Assembly: GCA_023435985.1 (NCBI GenBank) | Contig: JAEZKY010000331.1 | Coordinates: 19,370 to 83,369, forward strand | Reading direction: 5' to 3' | From: Bacillota bacterium | GTDB taxonomy: Bacteria; Bacillota; Clostridia; Clostridiales; Clostridiaceae | Length of the DNA stretch: 64,000 nt | Shown: piece by piece, positions 50,771 to 60,677 of the stretch | Layout of the letters: each line of letters opens with the position of its first letter | Numbering within the stretch: the first letter of the stretch is position 1 | Made by a program: the position numbers and the translations under genes | The notes under the pieces: model-generated | What the model saw: only the letters and a program-made list of their open reading frames with translations | Databases searched by the model: none | Told to the model about the DNA's origin: nothing

Positions 50771-52372
50771 ATGCAGTGGATGATAAGTAATGGAACTATA
50801 GTTGATGGAAGTAAAAAGCAGGCGTATGTTGGAGATATTATAATAGAAGATTCTGTAATTAAAGAAATTGGAGACTTAAGTAATAAGAAAGAAGAAATGG
50901 AGTATGTACTGGATGCTAAAGGACAGGTTGTAGCACCAGGCTTTATTGATACTCACAGTCATTCTGACCTGAAGATACTAAGTGACAGAGACATTAGACC
51001 TAAAATATATCAGGGAATAACCACTGAGGTTTTAGGGCAAGATGGTATATCAATGGCACCTTTACCCAAGAAATATATTAAGGACTGGAGAAAAAATTTA
51101 AGCGGACTTGAAGGGGACAGCGATGATATTTCATGGAATTATGAAACTGTTACGGATTATTTTCATGAAATTGAAACTAAAGGTCTCACATCTAATATAT
51201 GTTATCTTGTTCCTCATGGTAATATCAGAATGGAAGCAATGGGGCTTTCAGCTGATAAAGCAGGTAAAGATGAGATTGAAAACATGAAGAGGATTTTAAG
51301 AAGAGAACTTGAAGCAGGGGCAGCTGGATTATCTTCAGGTCTCATATATATTCCATGTGCTTATGGTGATACAGAAGAACTAATTGAACTTTGCAAGGTG
51401 GTTGCAGAATATAATAAGATTTTCGTGGTACATCAGAGAAGCGAAGCAAATGAAATCATAGAGTCTATGAAAGAGATAATCAGAATAGGCAGAGAAAGTA
51501 AAGTAAAAATACACTTTTCTCATTTTAAGATATGCGGGAAAAATAACTGGAATAAAGCAGAGGAAATAATTTCACTTATGGAAGAAGCTGAGAAAGACGG
51601 CGTTAAGGTATCCTTTGATCAATATCCTTATGAAGCTGGAAGTACTATGTTAAGTGTCATAATTCCACCTTGGGTTCACAGCGGTGGAACTAACAAAATG
51701 CTTGAGAGAATAAAATCAGAAGAGTTGAGACCTAAGATAATAGAAGAAATCTACGAGACTAACTGCAACTGGGATAATTTCGTTGAATTTGCAGGCATTG
51801 ATGGAATATACATTACTTCAGTAAAAACTGATAAAAACAAAAATGTGATAGGTAAGAACTTAAAAGAACTAGGTGAAATGAGAGGAAAAGATTCAGTAGA
51901 AGCAACTTTAGATTTATTGATTGAGGAAGAAAATGCTGTAGGTATGATTGATTATTATGGTTCTGAGGAACTTGTAATTAAATTCATGAAGAGAAAAGAA
52001 CAAAATTTTTGTACAGATGGATTACTTGGAGGGAAGCCGCACCCAAGAGTATATGGTGCTTTTCCAAGAGGTCTTGGAAGATATGTAAGAGAACTTAAAG
52101 CCGTATCCTTAGAAGAAGCAGTATATAAAATGACTTATAAGGCTGCAGAGATAATAGGAATAAAAGATAGAGGATATATTTCACCAGGCTTTAAAGCAGA
52201 TATAGTAATTTTTGATAAAGACGAGATAATAGATAAGGGAACGTTCATAGAACCAGAACAATATCCAGAAGGTATATCTTATGTGATTGTGAATGGAAAT
52301 ATTGTTATAAAAAATGGTGAATACTCACAAGGAAATTATGGAACACTTATAAAGCAAACAAATGAAAACTAG
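50771..52372 (+). CDS. N-acyl-D-amino-acid deacylase family amidohydrolase
   Basis: PGFIDTHSHSD, GLSSGLIYIP, HFSHFK, DQYPY, PHPRVYGAFPR. Confidence 0.88.
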   Translation: MQWMISNGTIVDGSKKQAYVGDIIIEDSVIKEIGDLSNKKEEMEYVLDAKGQVVAPGFIDTHSHSDLKILSDRDIRPKIYQGITTEVLGQDGISMAPLPKKYIKDWRKNLSGLEGDSDDISWNYETVTDYFHEIETKGLTSNICYLVPHGNIRMEAMGLSADKAGKDEIENMKRILRRELEAGAAGLSSGLIYIPCAYGDTEELIELCKVVAEYNKIFVVHQRSEANEIIESMKEIIRIGRESKVKIHFSHFKICGKNNWNKAEEIISLMEEAEKDGVKVSFDQYPYEAGSTMLSVIIPPWVHSGGTNKMLERIKSEELRPKIIEEIYETNCNWDNFVEFAGIDGIYITSVKTDKNKNVIGKNLKELGEMRGKDSVEATLDLLIEEENAVGMIDYYGSEELVIKFMKRKEQNFCTDGLLGGKPHPRVYGAFPRGLGRYVRELKAVSLEEAVYKMTYKAAEIIGIKDRGYISPGFKADIVIFDKDEIIDKGTFIEPEQYPEGISYVIVNGNIVIKNGEYSQGNYGTLIKQTNEN

Positions 52373-52508
52373 TAAATAAATAATATTGTAAATAAAATTT
52401 ATTAACTTAGATTTTTGTCTAAGATCTTGAAATTAATTCTTAAAAATTAATTGAAGATTGTACTGCTAATGATTATATGGTACAAAACATGAGGAAAGAA
52501 GAATTTAT

Positions 52509-53087
52509 ATGGGTGTAGATGGAGTCATATTAGCAGCTGGATATTCAAGCAGAGCTAATGCCTTTAAAATGGAACTGGAAATTAATAAAAAGGCGATATT
52601 ACAAAGGTGCATAGAGTCTTTATATGATGAATGCGATAAAATAATAGTAGTCAGCGGCTACAAAAACGAAAAGATAAACAAGTTAGTTGAAGGTTATGCT
52701 AAAGTAAGAGTAGTATATAATGAAGAATTTCATAAAGGAATGTTCAGCTCTGTAAAAAAGGGAATACAAGGTGTTACTCAGGAAAGATTTTTGCTTACTC
52801 CTGGAGATTATCCGTTAATAAGTAAAGAGGTAGTTAAAAAAATAGTAAAAGAGAAAAATGACATAGTTATTCCGAGTTATAATAACAAAGGCGGACATCC
52901 AATTTTGTTAAGCAGCTCACTTATAAATGATATATTAGCTGAAGATGAAGGTTCTAATTTGAAAATATATTTAAGTAAAAAGAAATGTTCATATTTAAAT
53001 ATAGATGACATAGGAATTTTAATGGATGTTGACACTGATGAAGATTATGAATCTGTAAAAGAAGTGCTAATAAAAAAACGATATTGA
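52509..53087 (+). CDS. Molybdenum cofactor nucleotidyltransferase (MocA/YgfJ-like)
   Basis: ILAAGYSSR, GMFSS, GDYP, GHP, DVDT.EDY. Confidence 0.85.
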   Translation: MGVDGVILAAGYSSRANAFKMELEINKKAILQRCIESLYDECDKIIVVSGYKNEKINKLVEGYAKVRVVYNEEFHKGMFSSVKKGIQGVTQERFLLTPGDYPLISKEVVKKIVKEKNDIVIPSYNNKGGHPILLSSSLINDILAEDEGSNLKIYLSKKKCSYLNIDDIGILMDVDTDEDYESVKEVLIKKRY

Positions 53088-53105
53088 AAATATTTTTTGA
53101 TATTA

Positions 53106-53217
53106 TTGACTTTTGTGTTAATAAAGATATATAATTTTTAATAAAAGTAAAAAAGTTAAATTGAATTAAACGGACAAAGAGGTCTTATTTCTGAAATTGG
53201 AAATGAGGCCTCTTTTT
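53106..53217 (+). promoter_or_regulatory. Promoter and leader terminator of second purine operon
   Basis: TTGACT..TATAAT; AAAGAGGTCTTATTTC/GAAATGAGGCCTCTTTTT ~130 nt before start codon. Confidence 0.65.
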
Positions 53218-53349
53218 GCATATACATAGGTATTGAAAAACCATAAAAATTCGAAATTTTGCTGTTTAAAGTCAGTTGAAAATATAGATTAAAAGTAATA
53301 AGTTATATTATCAAATATTAAAATTAGATATAGGAAGGAGGAGATATTA

Positions 53350-54642
53350 TTGTTTGATTTAGGAATATTAAATGGACGATTATATTTGAATGGAAGTTTT
53401 ACTCAAAGTAATCTCTATATAAAAAATGGAGTGATAGATACTATAACAAAATCTGATTTGGAAAGCACAGAAAAATATGATGTACAAGGAAAAATGGTAT
53501 TGCCAGGTTTTATAGATGCACATGTACATTTTAATTTAGAAGCTAAAGCCAATGTATCAGAAGATGATTTCTTTAGTGGATCTAAGAAAGCTGCAATAGG
53601 AGGAATAACAACATTTATGGATTTTTTAGATCCAATTAAAGATGTTAGTCAATTGGATGAAGCTTTTAATAACAGATATGAACTTGCTAAAAAGAGTGTA
53701 ATAGATTATGGATTTCATGTGACTCTTGGAAATCCAGAAGGAGAGGTCAGAGCTCTTTTAAATAAAAGCTGTCTGCTTGGAATGCCAACTGTAAAATTAT
53801 TTACAACCTATGCTTCAACTAATAGGCAGACAAAAGATTATTACATCGATGAGCTGCTTAAATATTCTAAACAAGCTAAAGTGAGAATATTAGTTCATGC
53901 AGAAAACAATGACATGATAAAAGAGAAAAATGTTTTAGTAAAAGATCATGAAAGTTCAAGACCTGCAATTTCAGAAATTACTGAAGTCTTAAAACTTGCC
54001 GAAATGGCACGATATAGGGATGGACTTCTATATATAGTTCATACTAATTGTGGGACGACTCTTGAAAGAATAAAAGAAATCTATTCTAAGCAATTACATT
54101 CATCAATAATATTAGAAAGTGCACCTCATTACTTTAAGTTTAATTCCTCATTATATGAAAAAGAAGATGGATATTTATATACTATGACTCCTCCACTAAG
54201 AAGTGAAGAAGAGAGAGTAAAGCTGATTAATAACATAGATGCAATTGATGTAATAGGTACTGACCATTGTCCATATCCAAAAAGGCTAAAGAATAAAAAA
54301 TATACAAGTGAAATTCCTATGGGCATTGATGGAGTGAAATATTCGTTCTTAAATATGTTTACTCTTTTTGGAGAAGATATAATCCCTAAGTTTACAGCAG
54401 AGCCTTCAAAAATACATGGATTATATCCTAAAAAGGGAGTATTAATGCCGGGCAGTGATGGAGATATAGTAATCTTCGATCCAAATAAAATAACAAAAGT
54501 AGTAGATGATAACTCTGTATATAATGGTGAAGTTTTAAAGGGTGAAATAACTGCAACGATTTCTAAAGGAAAATTCATAGTTAAAGAAGGGAAATTTTTA
54601 GGAGGACAAGGTCAATATCTAGCAAGGAGGTTAGAAATATGA
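53350..54642 (+). CDS. Dihydropyrimidinase/hydantoinase-family amidohydrolase (HyuA-like)
   Basis: PGFIDAHVH, GGITT, VHAEN, MTPPLR, GTDHCP, YPKKG..GSDGD. Confidence 0.85.
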   Translation: MFDLGILNGRLYLNGSFTQSNLYIKNGVIDTITKSDLESTEKYDVQGKMVLPGFIDAHVHFNLEAKANVSEDDFFSGSKKAAIGGITTFMDFLDPIKDVSQLDEAFNNRYELAKKSVIDYGFHVTLGNPEGEVRALLNKSCLLGMPTVKLFTTYASTNRQTKDYYIDELLKYSKQAKVRILVHAENNDMIKEKNVLVKDHESSRPAISEITEVLKLAEMARYRDGLLYIVHTNCGTTLERIKEIYSKQLHSSIILESAPHYFKFNSSLYEKEDGYLYTMTPPLRSEEERVKLINNIDAIDVIGTDHCPYPKRLKNKKYTSEIPMGIDGVKYSFLNMFTLFGEDIIPKFTAEPSKIHGLYPKKGVLMPGSDGDIVIFDPNKITKVVDDNSVYNGEVLKGEITATISKGKFIVKEGKFLGGQGQYLARRLEI

Positions 54643-55934
54643 TTAAGGCGTTAATAAATGCTAGGATATTCAATTATGATTCTTTAAAAGAAAATTCTTA
54701 TGTGCTGTTTAATAAACAGATAATAGAAATTGGCTCCATGGAAAATTTTAAAGGAGCAGATGAAGTTTTTGATTGTAATAATCAGATTGTAATGCCTGGA
54801 CTTGTGAATTGTCACAGCCATATATATTCAACTTTTGCTAGAGGCTGGATTACAGAATTTAATCCTAAAAGTTTTGTGGAACTCTTAGAGCAGATGTGGT
54901 GGAAGCTAGATGGAGTTCTTGAAGAAAAAGACATTTATTATAGTGGAATTGTAAGTGGAATGGAATTTATAAAAAATGGAATCACAACTGTAGTTGATCA
55001 TCATGCCAGTGGAAAAATCAGAGGAAGTTTAAATTTATTAAAAAGAGCTCTATGTGATTACTTGGGAATAAGAGGAGTATTCTGTTTTGAGAGTAGTGAA
55101 AGATTTCCTATAGATGAATGTATTGAGGAAAATTTAGAGTTTGGCAAAAATATCACAGACATGGAAAGAGGATTGTTTGGAATGCATGCCTGTTTAACCT
55201 TAAGTGATGAAGCTTTAAAAAAGATAGCAAAAGAAAGTGAAGGAATGCCAATTCATATACATGTTGCAGAAAGTGATGAAGATAATATAGACAGCATCAA
55301 AAAGTATAATAAGACTCCAATTGAAAGATTAGAAGAATATGGACTGCTTAGAGAAAATTCAATTTTATCGCATTGTATATATTTGACGGAGAAAGATATG
55401 GATATTTTAGCAAAGCACAAGGTATATATTGCATTAAATCCTACATCTAATCTTAATAACGCAGTTGGACTTGCAGATGTATTAGAGTTTGAAAAGAGAA
55501 ATATAAAATGCATTTTAGGTAATGATGGATTAGGATTCAATTTAACTAGAGAAATGCTAAATCTATTGTTTGGTATGCATCTAAAATATAAAAGTCCTAC
55601 AGCATACTCACTGAATAATCTTAAAAAGGTTATAGAAAATAATTATGAATATGCAGGCAAGATTTTAAACTGTAAGCTTGGAAAAATTGAAGCAGGATAC
55701 GAAGCGGATTTTTTAACTTTAGAATATAATGCGCCTACACCAATGAATGAGGATAATCTATTTGGACATTTTTTCTATGGAATGTTGGATAATTTTAAGC
55801 CTAAAAATGTCTGGTGCAATGGAAAGATTAAATTGAAAGACTATAAACTATTGGAAGACGAAGAAAAGATATACGGAGAGGCAAGAAAAATAGCTAAAGA
55901 AGTTTGGAGTAAGACTCAAAAAAGTACTAAATAA
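54639..55934 (+). CDS. ssnA: SsnA-like amidohydrolase
   Basis: NCHSHIYSTFARG, LEQMWWKLD, DHHASG, HIHVAE, SNLNNAVG, GNDG. Confidence 0.8.
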   Translation: MIKALINARIFNYDSLKENSYVLFNKQIIEIGSMENFKGADEVFDCNNQIVMPGLVNCHSHIYSTFARGWITEFNPKSFVELLEQMWWKLDGVLEEKDIYYSGIVSGMEFIKNGITTVVDHHASGKIRGSLNLLKRALCDYLGIRGVFCFESSERFPIDECIEENLEFGKNITDMERGLFGMHACLTLSDEALKKIAKESEGMPIHIHVAESDEDNIDSIKKYNKTPIERLEEYGLLRENSILSHCIYLTEKDMDILAKHKVYIALNPTSNLNNAVGLADVLEFEKRNIKCILGNDGLGFNLTREMLNLLFGMHLKYKSPTAYSLNNLKKVIENNYEYAGKILNCKLGKIEAGYEADFLTLEYNAPTPMNEDNLFGHFFYGMLDNFKPKNVWCNGKIKLKDYKLLEDEEKIYGEARKIAKEVWSKTQKSTK

Positions 55935-56004
55935 TAATTTTGATAATTATGCTCAAGGGATACAAAAGAAAACAATATGTTTATTGAAGATAAGGAGAAA
56001 TAAT

Positions 56005-57090
56005 ATGAATTTAAATACAAGCCTAAGTGGAATAAATTTTGAAAATCCGCTGATGCCAGCGTCAGGACCATTAGTTGGTGATAGTGAAAAAATGAAGATA
56101 ATATCAAGTTTTGGAGTTGGAGGAATTGTTACAAAAACAATATCCAGCAAAGGTGCAGAAGTAGTTAGACCATGCATATTTGGAGGACAAAACTTCATCA
56201 TGAATGCTGAATTGTGGTCAGAATATAATCCAGAACTATGGATAGATAAGTTTCTTCCAGAGATAAAAGCAGAAATAAAGAAGCCGTTATTCGTAAGTGT
56301 TGGGTATTCAAAAGAGGACATGGATAATCTAATACCTAAACTTGACAAATTTGCAGATGCTTTTGAAATTTCCACTCATTATGTGGGTAAGGATTTAACA
56401 ATAATAAAAGAAACCTTAATGACTATAAGAAAGCATACGAAGAAGCCAGTTTATATGAAAATGAGTCCTCATATACCAGATCCAGTTGGATTTGCAAAAA
56501 TGGTCATAGAAAATGGAGGAAATGGAGTTGTAGCTATTAACTCTTTAGGGCCAAGCATGAAGATTGATGCAGCGGCTAGGCAGGTTTTGCTAGGGAATAA
56601 GGAAGGTGAAGTATGGACTTCAGGACCAGCAATAAAACCAATAGCATTAGCGCTGATTCATAAGATTAAGAAAGCGGTGCCACAATGTGAAATCATAGGG
56701 GTTGGAGGAATAGCCAGTGCAGAAGATGTCATAGAGTTCTTACTTGCTGGAGCTAGTGCAGTTCAAATGCTATCTGCTGCAATGCTTAAAGGGAAAGATT
56801 TATATAAGAAGATAATTGATGAACTTCCAAGTGCATTAGAGAAGTTTGGATTTAACTCTGTAGAGGAAGTGCTAAATACTGAATTGCAAACTGGTAATGT
56901 AAAATACGACCCTATTTACCCAACAATTAATTATGATAAATGTGTTAATTGTAAATTATGTGAAAATGCCTGTCCATATTTTGCAATCACTACTCAGGAA
57001 AATAAAGTAATGGTAGATACAAGTAAATGTTTTGGTTGCGGACTATGTGAATCAAGATGTCCAAAGAAGGCAATTCAAAATGTGTTTTAG
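56005..57090 (+). CDS. Dihydroorotate/dihydropyrimidine dehydrogenase-like flavoprotein with C-terminal 2x[4Fe-4S] domain
   Basis: NPLMPASGP, TKT, KMSP, SGPAIKP, GVGG, GASAVQ; CVNCKLC..CP and CFGCGLC..CP. Confidence 0.85.
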   Translation: MNLNTSLSGINFENPLMPASGPLVGDSEKMKIISSFGVGGIVTKTISSKGAEVVRPCIFGGQNFIMNAELWSEYNPELWIDKFLPEIKAEIKKPLFVSVGYSKEDMDNLIPKLDKFADAFEISTHYVGKDLTIIKETLMTIRKHTKKPVYMKMSPHIPDPVGFAKMVIENGGNGVVAINSLGPSMKIDAAARQVLLGNKEGEVWTSGPAIKPIALALIHKIKKAVPQCEIIGVGGIASAEDVIEFLLAGASAVQMLSAAMLKGKDLYKKIIDELPSALEKFGFNSVEEVLNTELQTGNVKYDPIYPTINYDKCVNCKLCENACPYFAITTQENKVMVDTSKCFGCGLCESRCPKKAIQNVF

Positions 57091-57220
57091 GTGTTAATTT
57101 CAAATTATAAAGGTATAAGAGTATAAGGCACAATCAAATAAATAATTTTTGTGAGAAATTCCGTAAAGAAATTTCATCATTAACTGTTAATTGTCAATTG
57201 CTAATTGGAGGATTTGGCTT

Positions 57221-59329
57221 ATGGATGATATAAGAAAGTCAGTTATAAAAGCTGATCATAAAATTAAGGTGGATGGAAGTGCTAAATATATAGCAGATAT
57301 TAAATTTAAAGACAGTTTATATGCCAAAACATTACGTTCAGAAAAAGCTAAAGCAGTCATAAAGAATATCATTATTCCAGAATTAAAGGATGGATATTAT
57401 ATTGTTGAGGCAAAAGACATCCCAGGAGTAAATAAGGTAAAGATAATTCAAAATGATATGCCGGTTTTTTCGGATAAAGAAGTGAATTATATAGGGGAGC
57501 CTATACTTTTAGTAGTAGGTCCTGAACTTGAAGAAATAATTAATATTTTAAAAGCTATTAAGGTTGAATATGAAGAAGTCACTCCTGTTTTTGATATGAA
57601 AAATTCTAAAGACATAATTGATAAGTATGAATACGAAAAGGGAGATATAGAAGAAGCAATTAAAAATTCTTCAAAAATCATTGAAGAAGAATTTTATACA
57701 GGATACCAAGAACAAGCTTATTTAGAGACTCAAGGATTAGTAGGAACTTATGAAGATGGAAAGATTTCTGTGTATGGAACTATGCAATGTCCATATTATG
57801 TTAAGGGAGCAGTAGTACAAGCCTTAGGCTGCGAAGAAGATAAGGCAAGAATTGTTCAAACTACAACTGGAGGCGGGTTTGGAGGTAAGGAAGATTATCC
57901 TTCTCTACTAGGAGCACAAGTTGCAGTAGCTGCTTATAAAATTAAAAAGCCGGTGAGATTAATTTTAGATAGAATTGAAGATATGTCATTTACTACCAAA
58001 AGGCATCCGGCGTTATTAACTTATAAAACAGTTCTTGATAAAGATAATAAAATAATTGGAATGGATGTAGCGATCATATTAAATGGTGGCGCTTATGCGA
58101 CAGTATCTGGAGTTGTGCTGCAAAGGGCTTTATTAGCTGCAATAGGAGTTTATAAAATACCAAATGTCAGGGTTAAGGGACGTGTAGTTAGAACTAATAC
58201 TGTACCTACAGGAGCCTTCAGAGGTTTTGGAGGTCCACAGAGTATCTTTGGAATTGAAACACATATGGCTCATCTAGCAAAAGAAATAGGATGTACACCA
58301 CTAGAATTAAAGCATAAGTATTTTGTAAAAACTGGCGATGACACATGTACTGGTGGAAAATTTACTTATGACGTGAAGCTTGAAGAAATGCTTCAAAAAG
58401 CTGAGAGGTTAAGCGGCTTTAGCCAAAAGTATGAAAAGTATTCTAAAGAGCAGGGCATTATGAGAAAAGGAATTGGAATGTCAGTATTTTTGCATGGCTG
58501 TGGTTTTACTGGAAGCGGTGAGAGAGATTTTATTAAAGCTAAAGTTAAGCTTTTAAAGCACAAGAATGATGATGTAGAAATTTTAGTAGCTAATACAGAT
58601 ATGGGACAAGGACTTCAAACTACTTTTAAGAAAATTGTTGCAAAAGTACTTAATCTTGATTACCAGAAAATAATATACGAGAATCCAGATACGGATAGAG
58701 TTCCAGATTCAGGCCCAACAGTAGCTTCAAGATCAATCATGGTAGTTGGGAAATTGCTTGAGAGAGCGGCAATAAGGCTTAAGGAAAGCTGGATTCGAGG
58801 AGAAGAACAGTTAATAGAAGAAAATTATAAACATCCAGATTTAATACCTTGGAATATTACGAAATTTAATGGAGATGCCTATCCTAGCTATTCATGGGGA
58901 ATAAATGTGGTAGAAGTTGAAGTTAATACTATAACTGCTGTTACAGAGGTTATAGGAATATACACAGTATTTGATGTTGGAATTCCAATTGATGAGACCA
59001 TAATGGAAGGTCAGATACAAGGCGGAGTTATACAAGGACTTGGGTATGGTTCTTGTGAAAACATGGAATGTGACGAAACAGGAAAGATAAAGCAGCACAG
59101 CATAACGGATTATATTATTCCAACTGCTAAAGATGTTGTAAATATTAAAAATGAATTAGTAGATAATCCTTGTGATCTTGGACCATTTGGCGCTAAAGGA
59201 GCAGGAGAATTGACCTTGGTAGGAACAGCACCAGCTTATGCAAATGCAATTGAAAATGCCTTAGGAGTAAAGGTTAATAGATTACCTGTAACTCCAGAAT
59301 GGATAATGGAGGCGATAACAAATGGGTAA
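57221..59329 (+). CDS. Xanthine dehydrogenase family molybdopterin-binding subunit
   Basis: GGGFGGK, AFRGFG, DMGQG, TVASR, KGAGE. Confidence 0.92.
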   Translation: MDDIRKSVIKADHKIKVDGSAKYIADIKFKDSLYAKTLRSEKAKAVIKNIIIPELKDGYYIVEAKDIPGVNKVKIIQNDMPVFSDKEVNYIGEPILLVVGPELEEIINILKAIKVEYEEVTPVFDMKNSKDIIDKYEYEKGDIEEAIKNSSKIIEEEFYTGYQEQAYLETQGLVGTYEDGKISVYGTMQCPYYVKGAVVQALGCEEDKARIVQTTTGGGFGGKEDYPSLLGAQVAVAAYKIKKPVRLILDRIEDMSFTTKRHPALLTYKTVLDKDNKIIGMDVAIILNGGAYATVSGVVLQRALLAAIGVYKIPNVRVKGRVVRTNTVPTGAFRGFGGPQSIFGIETHMAHLAKEIGCTPLELKHKYFVKTGDDTCTGGKFTYDVKLEEMLQKAERLSGFSQKYEKYSKEQGIMRKGIGMSVFLHGCGFTGSGERDFIKAKVKLLKHKNDDVEILVANTDMGQGLQTTFKKIVAKVLNLDYQKIIYENPDTDRVPDSGPTVASRSIMVVGKLLERAAIRLKESWIRGEEQLIEENYKHPDLIPWNITKFNGDAYPSYSWGINVVEVEVNTITAVTEVIGIYTVFDVGIPIDETIMEGQIQGGVIQGLGYGSCENMECDETGKIKQHSITDYIIPTAKDVVNIKNELVDNPCDLGPFGAKGAGELTLVGTAPAYANAIENALGVKVNRLPVTPEWIMEAITNG

Positions 59330-59798
59330 AGTAATTACTTTGAAAATAAATAATAAGACCATTACTACAGAGGAAGCTAATACTAAAAGACTCTTAGATT
59401 TCTTAAGAGAAGACTTAGATATAACAGGACCTAAAGAAGGCTGTGGAGAAGGTGAATGTGGGGCTTGTGCTGTAATTATAGATAAGGAATTAATTAATTC
59501 CTGTCTAGTTACGATTGGTTCTGTTCAAGGGAAAGAAATCATAACTATTGAAGGCCTGGCAGGAACAAAACAGTTTGAAGTATTAGAGAAATGCTTTGCA
59601 GAAGCAGGAGCAGTACAATGTGGATTTTGTACACCAGGAATGATAATGGCAGCACATGCATTATTGTCTAAGCTTCCTAAACCAACAGAAGCTGACGTAA
59701 GAGAAGGTATATCAGGAAATTTATGCAGATGTACAGGTTATAACATGATAATAAATGGAATACTTATGGCAGCCGAGAGAGGTGATGGCTTATGGTAG
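59322..59798 (+). CDS. Xanthine dehydrogenase family [2Fe-2S] subunit
   Basis: GCGEGECGAC, QCGFCTPG, NLCRCTGY. Confidence 0.95.
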   Translation: MGKVITLKINNKTITTEEANTKRLLDFLREDLDITGPKEGCGEGECGACAVIIDKELINSCLVTIGSVQGKEIITIEGLAGTKQFEVLEKCFAEAGAVQCGFCTPGMIMAAHALLSKLPKPTEADVREGISGNLCRCTGYNMIINGILMAAERGDGLW

Positions 59799-60625
59799 AA
59801 GGATATTATCCACACACTTTTAAAGAAGCATTAGAAATACTGAAGGAAAAAGACGTGATAATTTATTCTGGTGGAACTGATCTAATGGTTAGGAACAAAA
59901 ACACTGCGTCGCTTCTTCCAAAATTCAATAAAGATCTGCTTTATATAGGAAATTTAGAAAGATTAAAGGAAGTTAAAAAATTAGCGTCAGCTGTAGAAAT
60001 AGGAACAGCATGCACATTATCCTCTCTTTTAAGAGAGGAAGAAGTTCCAGAAATATTAAAAGAAGCTATAAGGCAGATAGCATCACCAGCCATAAGAAAC
60101 ATGGGGACTATTGGAGGAAATATATGTAATGCATCTCCTGCTGGAGATACTCTGCCAATCCTATATGCATTGGATGCAAAACTTAAGTTAGCTAGTGAAA
60201 GTTCTTCAAGAGAAGTTAATATAGAAGATTTTATATTAGGACCAAGGAAGATTGCTCTTAATAAAGATGAGCTTTTAGAAAGCATAATCATACCAAAGTT
60301 AGAATTTAATAAAACTTATTATGAAAAGGTTGGAGCTAGAAAAGCTTCAGCCATATCAAAATTATCCTTTGTAGGACTTGCAAAAATAGAGGACAAAAAA
60401 ATAAGAGATATAAGGATTGCGCTGGGATCAGTAAGTGTAACAGTAGTTAGAGTCAAAGATGCAGAAAAATTAATGCTAGGAAATGATTTAAAGGAAATAC
60501 AAGGCAAATTGGATGAGATAATAAAAACTTACTCAGAAAAAGTGACTCCTATTAGTGATCAAAGATCTACGGCAGCTTATAGAAAGAAAGTAGCATTAAG
60601 GCTTATTCAATATTTTTTAACATAA
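59792..60625 (+). CDS. Xanthine dehydrogenase family FAD subunit
   Basis: GGTDL, IRNMGTIGGN..NASPAGD, DQRSTAAYR. Confidence 0.93.
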   Translation: MVEGYYPHTFKEALEILKEKDVIIYSGGTDLMVRNKNTASLLPKFNKDLLYIGNLERLKEVKKLASAVEIGTACTLSSLLREEEVPEILKEAIRQIASPAIRNMGTIGGNICNASPAGDTLPILYALDAKLKLASESSSREVNIEDFILGPRKIALNKDELLESIIIPKLEFNKTYYEKVGARKASAISKLSFVGLAKIEDKKIRDIRIALGSVSVTVVRVKDAEKLMLGNDLKEIQGKLDEIIKTYSEKVTPISDQRSTAAYRKKVALRLIQYFLT

Positions 60626-60677
60626 ATACAAAATCAAATAAATTTAAAAGGGGAAATATTTATGAAAGGAGCCTTCA

